Shown: one piece after another, positions 33,424-43,834 of the stretch
Layout: every line of letters starts with the position of its first letter
Position numbering within the stretch: the stretch's first letter is position 1
Assembly: GCA_963789955.1 (NCBI GenBank)
Contig: CAWBMV010000036.1
Coordinates: 96,001-160,000, forward strand
Source: an uncultured Candidatus Rokubacteria bacterium
GTDB taxonomy: Bacteria > Methylomirabilota > Methylomirabilia > Rokubacteriales > CSP1-6
Length of the DNA: 64,000 nucleotides
Direction of reading: 5' to 3'
The notes under the pieces: generated by a model
Databases searched by the model: none
What the model saw: only the letters and a program-made list of their open reading frames with translations
What the model was told of the DNA's origin: nothing
Translations under genes and position numbers: made by a program

Positions 33424-33453
33424 CTTTCGGCGCGCGCCCGAGGGGACGCGCGC

Positions 33454-33528
33454 CTAATTCAGGGACAGGCTCGCGAGCCGGAAATCTGCGCTCGTCGTCC
33501 TCACGGTTTCAAGGGTCATCGGTTTCAT
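33454..33528 (-). CDS. leuA leader peptide MKPMTLETVRTTSADFRLASLSLN
   Basis: 24-codon ORF with 3 Leu codons in the last 7 sense codons, directly before a GC hairpin and terminator. Confidence 0.7.
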   Translation of the reverse strand: MKPMTLETVRTTSADFRLASLSLN

Positions 33529-33538
33529 GTGTCCGCAT

Positions 33539-33567
33539 ATTGTCCGAGTTCACGCCCCCATTGTCAA
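33539..33567 (-). promoter_or_regulatory. Sigma70 promoter of the leu leader
   Basis: TTGACA-N17-GACAAT on minus strand. Confidence 0.7.
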
Positions 33568-33635
33568 CTCCGACTGTTGCGGGTAGCCTCTGGGGTGACA
33601 CCCGCTCAGATGCGGTCTCGCGAGAGGAGCCGGAG

Positions 33636-34196
33636 ATGTCAGAGCGCAATTCGGTGTGGTTCCGTCCGCTATGGTTCGGCCTGCTCATCGCTACAAGTGC
33701 GGCGATCACCACGGTATTCACGTGCGTCACGCCGTTTGCGGCGTTCGCGGTGATCGCCGCGGTCACCTTGTCGCGGCGTGACGCGGTGATGCTGGCGGTG
33801 GCGCTCTGGCTCACCAATCAGGCCGTCGGGTTCGGCCTGCTCCACTATCCGTGGACCGCGTCGACTCTCGCCTGGGGCGTCGCCCTCGGCGGCGCCGCTG
33901 TGATCGGCACGCTCGGCGCCCTCTGGGTGTTCCAGCGCCTCGCATCGCGGCCGTCGCTCGCTCAAAACGGCGCGGCATTCGGCGCGGCGTTCGTCCTCTA
34001 CCAGCTCACACTCTACGCGGTGGCGGTGTCGTGGCTCGGCGGGACCGACATGTTCGCACCCGGGATCGTCAGCCAGGTGCTCGTGATCAACGCGGTGACG
34101 CTGGTCGGGCTCTTCGCGCTGCGCCGGGTGGTCGCGGGAGCCGCGCTACTGATTCATCGGCGCCGCGCTCACGCTTCGCCCGCGCGACTGGCGTAG
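33636..34196 (+). CDS. Hypothetical membrane protein
   Basis: About 5 hydrophobic segments; RBS GAGGAG. Confidence 0.7.
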   Translation: MSERNSVWFRPLWFGLLIATSAAITTVFTCVTPFAAFAVIAAVTLSRRDAVMLAVALWLTNQAVGFGLLHYPWTASTLAWGVALGGAAVIGTLGALWVFQRLASRPSLAQNGAAFGAAFVLYQLTLYAVAVSWLGGTDMFAPGIVSQVLVINAVTLVGLFALRRVVAGAALLIHRRRAHASPARLA

Positions 34197-35457
34197 GCGC
34201 CCGCCGAGACCTCGCGCAGCCGCCGCTCGAGAAACCGGCGCTCGCTGTCGTTGGTGACCAGCGCGAGCGCCCGCGCGTAGCTCTTCGCCGCTTCCTCAGC
34301 GGACCCGAGGCGGCGCAGCAGGTCGGCGCGCGCGGCGTGCAGCAGGTGATAGCGCGTCGAGATCGCCGCCGGCCGCGAGCGCATCGATGAGCGCGAGCGC
34401 CGGCGCGAGGGCCGTCGACCATCGCGACCGCCACCGCCCGGTTCAGCGACACGACGGGCGAGGGCTGCAGTCGCTCGAGCAGATCGTAGAGGCGCACGAT
34501 CTGCGGCCAGTCGGTGTCCTCGGCCCGCGCCGCCCGACAATGCACGGCCGCGATCGCCGCCTGCAGCGCGAACGGCCCGGGCCGCCGCGCAGCGCCTCCT
34601 CGACGAGCGGCAGCGCCTCGGCGATCTGCGGCTCGATTCCAGCGGCCGCGATCCTGCTCTTCGAGAAGGACGAGATCGCCCGCCTCGTCGAGCCGGGCCT
34701 CGCGCCGCGAATCGTGCAGCAGCATGAGGGCCAGAAGCGCGGTCGCCTCCGCCGGCGTCGCGGCGCCATCAGCGCTCGCACGAGCCGCCCGAGCCGGATC
34801 GCCTCGGCGCAGAGGTCGGTCCGCACGAGCGGCTCGCCGCGGGTCGCCGCGTAGCCTTCGTTGAAGATGAGATAGATCACGGTCAGCACCGCGTCGAGCC
34901 GCGCCGGCATGTCCTTCGTGTCGGGCACCGAGTAGGGAATGCCGGCGTCGCGGATCTTGCGCTTGGCGCGCACCAGCCGCTGCGCCATCGTCGCGGCCGG
35001 CACGAGAAAGGCGCGCGCGATCTCGTCGGTCTCGAGGCCGCCCAGCGTGCGGAGCGTCAGCGCCACCTGCGCCTCGAGCGCCAGCGCGGGATGGCAGCAG
35101 GTGAAGATCAGCCGCAGGCGATCGTCGGGAATCTCGGTCGGGATCGTAGTCCGGCTCCTCGGCCATGTCGGGCCGGCCTCGGACGCCGCGTACGTGTCGA
35201 GCTTCTCCTCGAGCCGCGCTCGGCGCCGGATGCGGTCGATCGCCTTGTGGCGCGCCGTCTGGATGATCCAGGCGCGCGGGAACTCGGGGACGCCGGCGGT
35301 CGCGCCACTGGTCGACCGCGGCCGCAAACGCCTCCTGGGCGGCCTCTTCGGCCACGTCGAAGTCGCCGACGAGCCGGATCAGGGTGGCGACGATCCGGCC
35401 CCAGTCGGAGCGATAGACCGCGTCGACGGCCGCGCTGGCTCCCACGAGGGGTTCCAC
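34169..35457 (-). CDS. Long ECF sigma factor with C-terminal extension (YciI-associated type), frameshifted
   Basis: [51 protein letters not shown]. Confidence 0.88.
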
Positions 35458-35524
35458 GGTAGATAATTTACGCCGGGTGTCGATCCCGCCACGTCGCCGT
35501 TCGACTCACTGACGGAGGGGCACG

Positions 35525-35875
35525 GTGAAATATCTGTTGCTCGTATATCTCGACGAGACCTGGGAAAAGCGCAGCCTGGCCGAGCGCCAGGAGGCCTACT
35601 GGGGCCAAGTCAAAGCGCACAGAAGAGCTGCCGCGGCCAGCTACCTCGGGGGCAATCCACTGCACCCGACGTCGACGGCGACGAGCGTCCGGGTGCGAGA
35701 CGGCAAGCGCCTCCTGACCGATGGCCCGTTCGCCGAGACGCGCGAGCATCTCGGCGGGTATATGCTCATCGACGTCGAGAACCTCGACGAGGCGATTGCC
35801 ATCGCGGCGCGAGGCCCTCTGGCGCGCGTCGGTACCATAGAGGTCCGTCCGGTCCGGGAGGGCCCGCCGGCGTAG
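35525..35875 (+). CDS. YciI/DGPF family protein
   Basis: TDGPFAETREHLGGY, IEVRPV. Confidence 0.9.
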   Translation: MKYLLLVYLDETWEKRSLAERQEAYWGQVKAHRRAAAASYLGGNPLHPTSTATSVRVRDGKRLLTDGPFAETREHLGGYMLIDVENLDEAIAIAARGPLARVGTIEVRPVREGPPA

Positions 35876-35968
35876 CGCCGCGGAGCTCGTCACATATGCG
35901 GCCGAACGCTGGGAGCAGCCGGCTCACGCTGTCGCGCCCGAATTGAAAATCGCGGAAGGGGATTGAGC

Positions 35969-36445
35969 ATGACGTATGCGCTGTGGATCGTCCAGGTATT
36001 GCTCGCGCTGTTGTTTCTGTTCGCCGGCGCCATGAAATTCATCATGCCGATCGAGGAGATGACCAAGGACATCCAGTTGCCGGCCGCCTTCCTTCGATTC
36101 ATCGGGGTGGCCGAGATCGTCGGCGCGATCGGCCTGATCGTGCCCTCGCTCCTCCGGATCCGTCCGGGGCTGACGCCTCTGGCCGCCGTGGGCCTGGTCA
36201 TCATCATGATCGGCGCGACGGTGTTGAGCCTGATGATCGGTGGCGTCGTGATGGCGCTGATGCCGTTCGTGATCGGGCTCCTCGCGGCGTTCGTGGCCTA
36301 CGGCCGCTGGAAGCTGGCGCCGGTCGCCGGCTCGCCCAGGGCGCGGCGTTTCGCGAGGCTCGGTGAGCCGTGCTGCTCAAGATCCTCCTCGCTGTCGCCG
36401 CGATCGTGGTGCTGGTGGTCGCCGTATTCGCGGTGCTCGTCGTGA
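35969..36445 (+). CDS. DoxX-like membrane protein (true stop may be near 36366)
   Basis: LWIVQVLLALLFLFAGAMK, FIGVAEIVGAIGL, LTPLAAVGL, VAYGRW. Confidence 0.82.
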   Translation: MTYALWIVQVLLALLFLFAGAMKFIMPIEEMTKDIQLPAAFLRFIGVAEIVGAIGLIVPSLLRIRPGLTPLAAVGLVIIMIGATVLSLMIGGVVMALMPFVIGLLAAFVAYGRWKLAPVAGSPRARRFARLGEPCCSRSSSLSPRSWCWWSPYSRCSS

Positions 36446-36921
36446 TGCAGCCGTCCGAGTTCCGCATCCAGCGGAGCGCCACCATCGCCGCGCCCGCGCC
36501 GGTGGTGTTCGCGCAGGTCAACGATTTCCACAACTGGGAAGCCTGGTCTCCGTGGGCGAAGCTCGATCCGTCGGTCAAGAACTCGTTCGAGGGCGCGCCC
36601 GCCGGCACCGGGACGTCCTTCGCGTGGGCCGGCAACAGCAAAGTGGGCGAGGGTCGCATGACGATCGTCGAGAGTCGGCCGAGTGAGCTCGTGCGGATCA
36701 AGCTCGAGTTCCTGGAACCGTTCGCGGCGACCAACACAGCGGAGTTCACGTTCAAGCCTGAGGGTGATCGGACCGCTGTGACGTGGAGCATGGACGGCCA
36801 CAACAATCTCGCGGCCCGCGCGATCGGCCTGGTCGTCAACATGGACAGGTTTCTCGGCGGTGAGTTCGAGAAGGGCCTGGCCAGCATGAAGTCGGTGGCG
36901 GAAGCCTCAGCCACGAAATAG
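36370..36921 (+). CDS. SRPBCC/polyketide cyclase family protein
   Basis: VNDFHNWEAWSPW, WAGNSKVGEGRM, FEKGLASMK. Confidence 0.88.
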   Translation: MLLKILLAVAAIVVLVVAVFAVLVVMQPSEFRIQRSATIAAPAPVVFAQVNDFHNWEAWSPWAKLDPSVKNSFEGAPAGTGTSFAWAGNSKVGEGRMTIVESRPSELVRIKLEFLEPFAATNTAEFTFKPEGDRTAVTWSMDGHNNLAARAIGLVVNMDRFLGGEFEKGLASMKSVAEASATK

Positions 36922-36943
36922 GGATTGGAAGGGAGAGAAGACC

Positions 36944-37069
36944 GTGCGATTCATGGTGCTGGTGAAAGCGGACACGAATTCAGAGGCCGGCGTGCTCCTC
37001 GCCGGCGAAGGGCTCCATCCGAGGTCGGCGCGAAGAACGCAACGAAGAAGTAGGAGGACCACCGCATGA
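36944..37069 (+). pseudogene. Internally deleted YciI-family remnant (41 aa)
   Basis: MRFMVLVKADTNSEAGVLLAGEGLHP then unrelated tail; no DGPF motif; RBS GGAAGGGAG. Confidence 0.65.
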
Positions 37070-38183
37070 GCCGCGTGAGAGTACTGATCGGCACTCGAAA
37101 AGGCGCCTTCGTCCTGACCTCTGACGGCAAGCGCGAACGCTGGGACGTGAGCGGCCCGCACTTCGGCGGCTGGGAGATCTATCACATGAAGGGATCGCCC
37201 GCCGACCCGAATCGAATCTACGCGTCGCAGTCGAGCAGCTGGTTCGGCCAGGTGATCCAGCGCTCCAGCGACGGCGGCAAGACCTGGGAGACGGTCGGCA
37301 ACAAGTTCGCCTACGAAGGCGCTGTCGGCAACCATCTCTGGTACGACGGAACGCAGCACCCGTGGGAGTTCGCGCGCGTCTGGCATCTCGAGCCGTCGCT
37401 CGACGATCCCGACACGGTCTACGCCGGCATCGAGGACGCCGCGATGTTTCGCACGACCGACGGCGGCCAGACGTGGCAGCGAGCTCACCGGCCTGCGCAA
37501 CCATCCGTCCGCGCCGGAGTGGCAGCCGGGCGCTGGCGGCATGTGCCTGCACACGATCCTGCTCGATCCAAGGCATCTCGGGCGGATCTACATCGCGATC
37601 TCCGCGGCGGGCGTCTTCCGGAGCGACGACGCCGGCGAGACGTGGCGGCCGATGAATCGCGGGCTCGTGTCCGAGCAGATCCCGAATCCCGACGGCCGAG
37701 GTCGGCCACTGCGTGCATCGGATCGCCATGCATCCGTCGCGTCCGAACGTGCTGTTCATGCAGAAGCACTGGGACGTCATGCGCAGCGACGATGCCGGCG
37801 AATCCTGGAAGGACGTCGGCGGAAACCTGCCGACCGATTTCGGCTTCCCGATCGATGTGCACGCGCACGAGCCGAACACCGTCTACGTCGTCCCGATCAA
37901 GAGCGACTCCGAGCACTATCTGCCCGACGGCAAGCTGCGCGTGTACCGCAGCCGCACCGGCGGCAACGAGTGGGAACCGCTGACGAAGGGGCTGCCGCAG
38001 AGCCACTGCTACGTCAACGTGCTGCGCGACGCGATGGCCGTCGATTCGCTCGATCCGTGCGGCGTCTATTTCGGCACGACCGGCGGTCAGGTGTACGCGT
38101 CGGCGGATGCGGGCGACAGCTGGGCGCCGATCGTCCGCGATCTGCCGTCGGTGGTGTCGGTCGAGGTACAGACGCTGTCATGA
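37066..38183 (+). CDS. BNR/Asp-box beta-propeller (sialidase-like), frameshifted
   Basis: Repeated SxDGGxTW boxes, IGTRKG, PTDFGFP, YFGTTGG. Confidence 0.85.
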
Positions 38184-38476
38184 TCCGGGTCGTGCTCCCG
38201 GCGCATCTTCGGACGCTCGCGCGCGTCGAGGGCGAGCTGAAGCTCGACGTCGAAGGACCGGCGACTCAGCGGTCGATCCTCGACGCGCTCGAAGCCGCCT
38301 ATCCGATGCTGCGCGGGACGATCCGCGATCAAGTCAATGGGCAGCGCCGCGCCTTCGTGAGATTCTTCGCCTGCGAGCAGGACGTGTCGCAGGACTCGCC
38401 GGACGAGCCGCTCCCCGAAGCGGTCGCCACCGGCGTCGAGCCGTTCCTGATCGTCGGGGCCATGGCCGGGGGCTAG
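38180..38476 (+). CDS. MoaD/ThiS ubiquitin-like protein
   Basis: 98 aa, ends AMAGG; ATGA overlap with upstream gene. Confidence 0.88.
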   Translation: MIRVVLPAHLRTLARVEGELKLDVEGPATQRSILDALEAAYPMLRGTIRDQVNGQRRAFVRFFACEQDVSQDSPDEPLPEAVATGVEPFLIVGAMAGG

Positions 38477-38490
38477 GGAGAGCGAGCGCG

Positions 38491-39717
38491 ATGACGCGAA
38501 GGATCTTCTACGGGTGGTTCATCGTCGGTTCGGGCATCGTCGTCACCTGCGTCGGCGTCGGCGCGATGCTTTCGCTCAGCGTGTTCCTGCAGCCCATGTC
38601 CGAAGCGATGGGCTGGTCGCGTACGGGCATCTCGACCGCCGCGCTCATCACCTGGCTTTGCATGGGCATCAGCGCGTTCGTCTGGGGCGCGCTTTCCGAC
38701 CGTTTCGGCACCCGCGCGGTCGTGCTCAGCGGCGGTGTCCTGCTCGGCCTCGGCCTGGTGACGGCGAGCCGGGCGGCCACCCTCGGTCAGTTTCAGCTCC
38801 TGTTCGGCGTGCTCGTCGGGGCCGCGGCGGGGAGCTTCTATGCGCCGCTGACGGCGACGACCACGCGCTGGTTCACGCGCAATCGCAGCCTCGCCGTGGC
38901 ACTGGTCTCCGCGGGGCTGAGCCTCGGGTCCACGACCGTGGGACCGCTGGCGCGCTGGCTCATCACCAGCTACGACTGGCGCACCGCCATGCTCGTGATC
39001 GGCGACCTCGCATGGCTTCTGATCATCCCCGCCGCCTTGCTGGTGCGTGAGCCGCCGCCCTCGACGGATCCGGTCGCGATAGCTGCGGCCGCGACGGAGG
39101 GCCCCGGTTTCACGGTGGGGCAGGCGCTGACCTCACCGCAATTCGCCGCGATCGCGCTCGCCTTCTTCGCCTGCTGCGCGGCGCACTCCGGCCCGATCTT
39201 CCACATGATCACGCACGCGATCGATCACGGCGTGTCGGCGATGGCCGCCACCACCGTGCTCAGCGTCGCGGGCCTGGCGTCGCTGAGCGGCCGGATCATC
39301 TGCGGGCTCGTCGCCGATCGCATCGGCGCCAAGCGTATGCTGTTGATCGGTCTCTCGATGCAGGCGGTCGCCGTGAGCCTCTATGTCTTCACGAACACGC
39401 TCGGGAGCTTCTACGCGCTCGCGATTCTGTTCGGCTTCAGCTACGGCGGCGTGATGCCGCTCTACGCGATCCTCATCCGCGAGTACTTCGGCGCCCGCAT
39501 CATGGGAACGACCTTCGGCGCGGTCTCCGCGATCTCGACGCTCGGGATGGCGCTGGGACCCTGGGCCGGCGGGTGGCTCTACGACACGCTCGGCGGCTAC
39601 TTCTGGCTCTACATGGGCTCGTTCGGGATCGGTCTCGGCGCGGTGGCGATCGCGTTGACGTTCCGCCCGCCGCGCCGGGTGCCGGTGGTGCTTCCCGCTC
39701 CGAGCCTGGCGCACTGA
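38491..39717 (+). CDS. MFS transporter
   Basis: FYGWFIV, GALSDRFG, GLVADRIG. Confidence 0.9.
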   Translation: MTRRIFYGWFIVGSGIVVTCVGVGAMLSLSVFLQPMSEAMGWSRTGISTAALITWLCMGISAFVWGALSDRFGTRAVVLSGGVLLGLGLVTASRAATLGQFQLLFGVLVGAAAGSFYAPLTATTTRWFTRNRSLAVALVSAGLSLGSTTVGPLARWLITSYDWRTAMLVIGDLAWLLIIPAALLVREPPPSTDPVAIAAAATEGPGFTVGQALTSPQFAAIALAFFACCAAHSGPIFHMITHAIDHGVSAMAATTVLSVAGLASLSGRIICGLVADRIGAKRMLLIGLSMQAVAVSLYVFTNTLGSFYALAILFGFSYGGVMPLYAILIREYFGARIMGTTFGAVSAISTLGMALGPWAGGWLYDTLGGYFWLYMGSFGIGLGAVAIALTFRPPRRVPVVLPAPSLAH

Positions 39718-39743
39718 GCCACGCCAGGCCCGGAGCGGGGACG

Positions 39744-41460
39744 CTAGAAGTTCAGCCCCTCGGGCAGCGGCCCGACGATGGGCACCTCGAAGAATGGTCC
39801 GGCACCGTCCGGATCGATGACGACGGTGCCGTCGCTCTCGAAGAACGTCGCGATCTGCTCCTGAGCCGCCAGCGCCAGAGTGGCCACCGTCACCGGTAGC
39901 GGCGGTGCGGCGATGTTGGTCAGGAACGTATGCGGGTTGGCCGGCGCGCCGGGCACGGCGAGCCGCACGAGATCGTTGCGGAAGAAGGTCGAGCGATCGG
40001 TGAGCTCGCCGGCGCGGAAGATTGCGGTCGCCGTCGGGTTCGGCACGGTCTGATCGCCCTTGGCGAACTGGATGATGACCGGCGGCGGATCCGTTTCGCG
40101 GAGCGGGTGCTTTCTCAGATGGGGAGCGTACGCGACCGGGTTGCCCGACTGGGAGACCCACTCGGTGTTGTCGAGCACCACCTGGATCTCCATCGCTCCG
40201 GGGACGTTGTTGATGACCGCGGGCTGATTCCGTAGCGGCACGTTCTCGTTGAAGCCCCACGCCGGCGGCGCCAGCGGGCCCGCGTTGAGGAGCGACGGCA
40301 CTCGGCTTGCGAGCGAAATGCCGACCAGCGGACGAAACGCCGGGCTGAGACGCGCGATCTCGATGATCGGTCCGCCCGGAACGTTGGGTACGCCCGCCCG
40401 AATCGAGTCCTCGAGCGCGAGTAGCTTGACGCCATAGATGCCGCCGAACGACTGCCCGGCGTAGTAGATCTTCCGGTGACTCAACCCCGCGATGCCGCCG
40501 GTCTCGATGACCCGCACGAGCTGCATGAGGTCGGCCACCGTCTGTCGGAGCGCGTCGCGGTTGCCGATGATGCCGCGCGGCGGCAGCGCGTTCGTGCCCT
40601 CGGTCGAGTCGATGTTGCCGTTGCCGTCTTGATCGATGCCGCGGCCGCCGTCCGGAATGGTCATCGGCGCGCCCACGTTCGGCGTGATGACCAACGTCCC
40701 GGCGGCGCCGCCGCCGTGGCCGACGACGTTGATGGCGATCGTCGCGATACCGTGGCGCGCGAACGTCGCGGCGACCGCGAGCGGAGCGCCCTGCTTGCTG
40801 TCGGTGAAGCCGTGCCCGAAGATCGCCACCGGCCAGCCGCCCGCGGGCGGCGTCCCGGCCGGAAGCACCAGATTGAAGAACAGCGTGTTGACACCCTGAA
40901 CCGCGGGCACGCCGGTCCGCGTCCCGACCGGCGGGATGAACTTCGCGGATGTCTCCCAGTCGGGTGAGTCGAAGCGGCCGAAGGCGACCGAGCCAACCGC
41001 GCCGGGGAAGATGCCGAGGGCCGCCACCGGGAACACCGACGAACTGATCGCCGTCGGGTCCGCCAGATTCGTTTTGACCTGGCGGTTCCACACGATCGAC
41101 GTCGGCGTCAGATTGCCGAGCTCGAAGCTCGCGAGCAGCGTGGCCGGTTTCGGGCGATGGCTCTTGATCTCGTGCCGGATCTTCTCGAGGACGGCCGTCG
41201 CGCTGAGCGTGCTGAATACGCTCGCCGCCACGACGCGCTGTCCGCGGATCTTGACCTTCTCCAGTGCCTCGCGCAGGTCCCTGCGATAGTCGCCGAGGCT
41301 GCCGCCGTGATGGCCGCGCTTGCCGTCGTCGAGGAAGTCCTCGAGCGCGTCGCCTCCGACTCGCCGCCCGTCTGCGCCACGCACCCCGTCGGTCACGACC
41401 AGGAGATAGCGCGTGTGCTGGTCGAGGAGCTCGTCGGACTCCGCGTGCAGGGTGTTGCAC
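39744..41460 (-). CDS. Lipase-like alpha/beta hydrolase, apparently lacking its N-terminus
   Basis: WPVAIFGHG, YAGQSFGG, GDQTVPN, NPHTF; no clear start codon, RBS or signal peptide upstream of NTLHAESDELL. Confidence 0.7.
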
Positions 41461-41626
41461 GAGTTCGCCTTCGTGATGCCAGTCGCTGAAGCTGAAGGGC
41501 GCGACAGGTTCGACCGTCGCGCCGATCGCAATCAGATAATCGCGATCGCGTCGCCCAGCGGCCGGCGCTAGCCCTTCAGGTTAGAATCAAAGGTAGGGAG
41601 ACGCCTCGACGTGACGGCGCGGATCG

Positions 41627-42922
41627 ATGCGATCTGAGCAGGGTGTGACTTCTCAGGCCGCAGCGCTCCGGCCGCTCGCCCGCGAAAACCCTGACGAAAC
41701 GTCTCGGGTCTTTACCCGACCGCTCCAGAAGCCGGCGCCTCAGATCGGCGGTGCGCTGACGGTGAGTCTGGTGCGAAGCCTTGACGAGCTGAGAGGCCAT
41801 CGGCTCGAGCTCGAGGATCTCGCCGGCGACTCGCTCGAGAGCAACGTCTTCTATGAGCCGATTCTGGCCGAGCCGGCGGTGCGGAGCTTCGGTGCCGGGA
41901 AACAGCTCGAATTCGTCCTGGTGTACCGGTCGGAGCCGGGCGCGCCGGGGCGAGCTCCCCAGCTCTGCGGGTTCTTCCCCTTCGAGCGGACCGCGCACTA
42001 TCGCGGGCTGCCGTTCACGGCGCTGACGTCGTTCAAGCACCTGCACTGCTTTCTGTGCACTCCCCTGATTCGCCGGAACGGTGCGAGCCAGACGTTCGCC
42101 ACGGCGCTCGACTGGCTGGTCGCGCAGTCCGGTGCGACCTTGATCGAGCTGCGATCGATCGGCGCGGAAGGGCCCGTGCATCAGCTCCTCGTGCAAGAGT
42201 TGCAGGCGCGGCGGCGGCCATTCTGGGTGCGGAACTGGTCGACCCGCGCGTTCTTCGAGCCCGGCGCCGACGCCGAGAGCTATCTGCGCGGCGCCATCTC
42301 CGGGTTGGCCTTGAAGGAAGTCCGGCGAAAAGAACGGCGTCTCCGTGAGCAGGGCCGCCTGGTCTGGCGAGAGCTCGAGCTCGCCGAGGATGCGCGCCCG
42401 TGGCTCGATGCCTTTTTGCGGCTGGAGGCGAGCGGCTGGAAAGGGCGCGGACGCAGCGCGCTGGCGTGCAACGCGCTCGAGAGCGAGTTCTTCGTCTCGG
42501 CGGCCACCGCCGCGCATGCCCGCGGGCGCCTGATGCTCCTGGGATTGTTCCTCGACGACCGGCCGCTCGCGCTCAAGTGCAACTTCATGGCCGGCGACGG
42601 AGGGTTCGCGTTCAAGATCGCCTTCCACGAGGCCTATCGAGCCTTCTCGCCGGGATTCCTGCTGGAAATCGAAAACGTTCGGCGCCTGCATCGACGGACC
42701 GACATCCGCTGGATGGACTCGTGCGCCGACGCGCAGCACGCGATGATCAACCGGCTCTGGCCCGGCCGGCGCACGATCACCACGGTTCTCTTCGGCACCG
42801 GCCGCGCGCCGGGCGATCTGCTCGTCTCGCTGATGCGGCTGCTCCGCTGGGGACGGCGGACTCTGACCAGGCCGTCGCGGGCCGGCGCCCGCGCCGAGAC
42901 TCCTGATGGAGATTCCACGTGA
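41627..42922 (+). CDS. GNAT family protein (CelD/BcsL, Acetyltransf_6-like)
   Basis: NVFYEP, LCTPLI, FLRLEASGWKG, FKIAFHEAYRAFSPG, MDSCA. Confidence 0.82.
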   Translation: MRSEQGVTSQAAALRPLARENPDETSRVFTRPLQKPAPQIGGALTVSLVRSLDELRGHRLELEDLAGDSLESNVFYEPILAEPAVRSFGAGKQLEFVLVYRSEPGAPGRAPQLCGFFPFERTAHYRGLPFTALTSFKHLHCFLCTPLIRRNGASQTFATALDWLVAQSGATLIELRSIGAEGPVHQLLVQELQARRRPFWVRNWSTRAFFEPGADAESYLRGAISGLALKEVRRKERRLREQGRLVWRELELAEDARPWLDAFLRLEASGWKGRGRSALACNALESEFFVSAATAAHARGRLMLLGLFLDDRPLALKCNFMAGDGGFAFKIAFHEAYRAFSPGFLLEIENVRRLHRRTDIRWMDSCADAQHAMINRLWPGRRTITTVLFGTGRAPGDLLVSLMRLLRWGRRTLTRPSRAGARAETPDGDST

Positions 42923-43827
42923 TCAACTCGACCGTCACCGCACCCGAGCGCGCGTCGCTCCTGCAGATCGACCCGCAGCGATTTCAGGAGCGCTTCGATC
43001 GCCAGCCGTTCCTCGTCCGGCACCGGCTCGACGATCATCCCTTGTTCTCGCTGCCGCGTCTGATCGAGCTGGCCCGGGCGCTGCCCGAAGACCAGGTCGA
43101 ATACAACGCGGGCGACGTGCCCGTCAGCCTCGACCCGACCCGAACGCCTCGCACGGGGCTCTCGATCGACGAGACCATCCGCCGGATCGAGGAATGCCGG
43201 TCGTGGATGGTGTTCAAGAACGTCGAGCGCGACCCGGCGTACCGCGGGCTCCTCGATACGTGCCTGGACCAGGTCCGCGAGCATTCCGAGTCGGCCTGGC
43301 CCGGGATGGGCCGGCGCGAAGGCTTCATCTTCGTCTCGTCGCCGGGTTCGGTGACGCCCTACCACATGGACCCCGAGCACAACTTCCTGCTGCAGGTACG
43401 CGGACAGAAGCACGTCAGCCTGTTCGACGGAGAGGACCGCGAGCTCCTCACCGAGCGCGAGCTGGAGAAGTTCTACGCTCGCGGCCACCGCAACCTGGTC
43501 TTCGCCGACGCAAACCAGCAGAAGGCCCAGGTCTTCGCGCTCGCGTCCGGCGACGGGCTCTACTTTCCCGTGACCTGGCCGCACTGGGTCAAGAACGGCT
43601 CGCAGGTCTCGGTGTCGTTCAGCATCACGTTCCGGACGGCGTCGTCCGATCGCCGCGAGGTGCTCTATCGCGTCAACGAGCGGCTGCGGCGAGTCGGGAT
43701 CCGCCTGCCGCCGGTGGGCCACTCGGAGCTGGTCGACGGCGCCAAGTATCAGGCCTTCCGGACCCTGGCCCGCGCGCATCGCTTGTTCGGAGGCCGCGGC
43801 ACGCCCGCCATACGAAGCTACCAGTGA
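42919..43827 (+). CDS. JmjC/cupin-like protein
   Basis: TPYHMDPEHNF (HxD) and PHWVKN distal His. Confidence 0.8.
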   Translation: MINSTVTAPERASLLQIDPQRFQERFDRQPFLVRHRLDDHPLFSLPRLIELARALPEDQVEYNAGDVPVSLDPTRTPRTGLSIDETIRRIEECRSWMVFKNVERDPAYRGLLDTCLDQVREHSESAWPGMGRREGFIFVSSPGSVTPYHMDPEHNFLLQVRGQKHVSLFDGEDRELLTERELEKFYARGHRNLVFADANQQKAQVFALASGDGLYFPVTWPHWVKNGSQVSVSFSITFRTASSDRREVLYRVNERLRRVGIRLPPVGHSELVDGAKYQAFRTLARAHRLFGGRGTPAIRSYQ

Positions 43828-43834
43828 GGCACGC

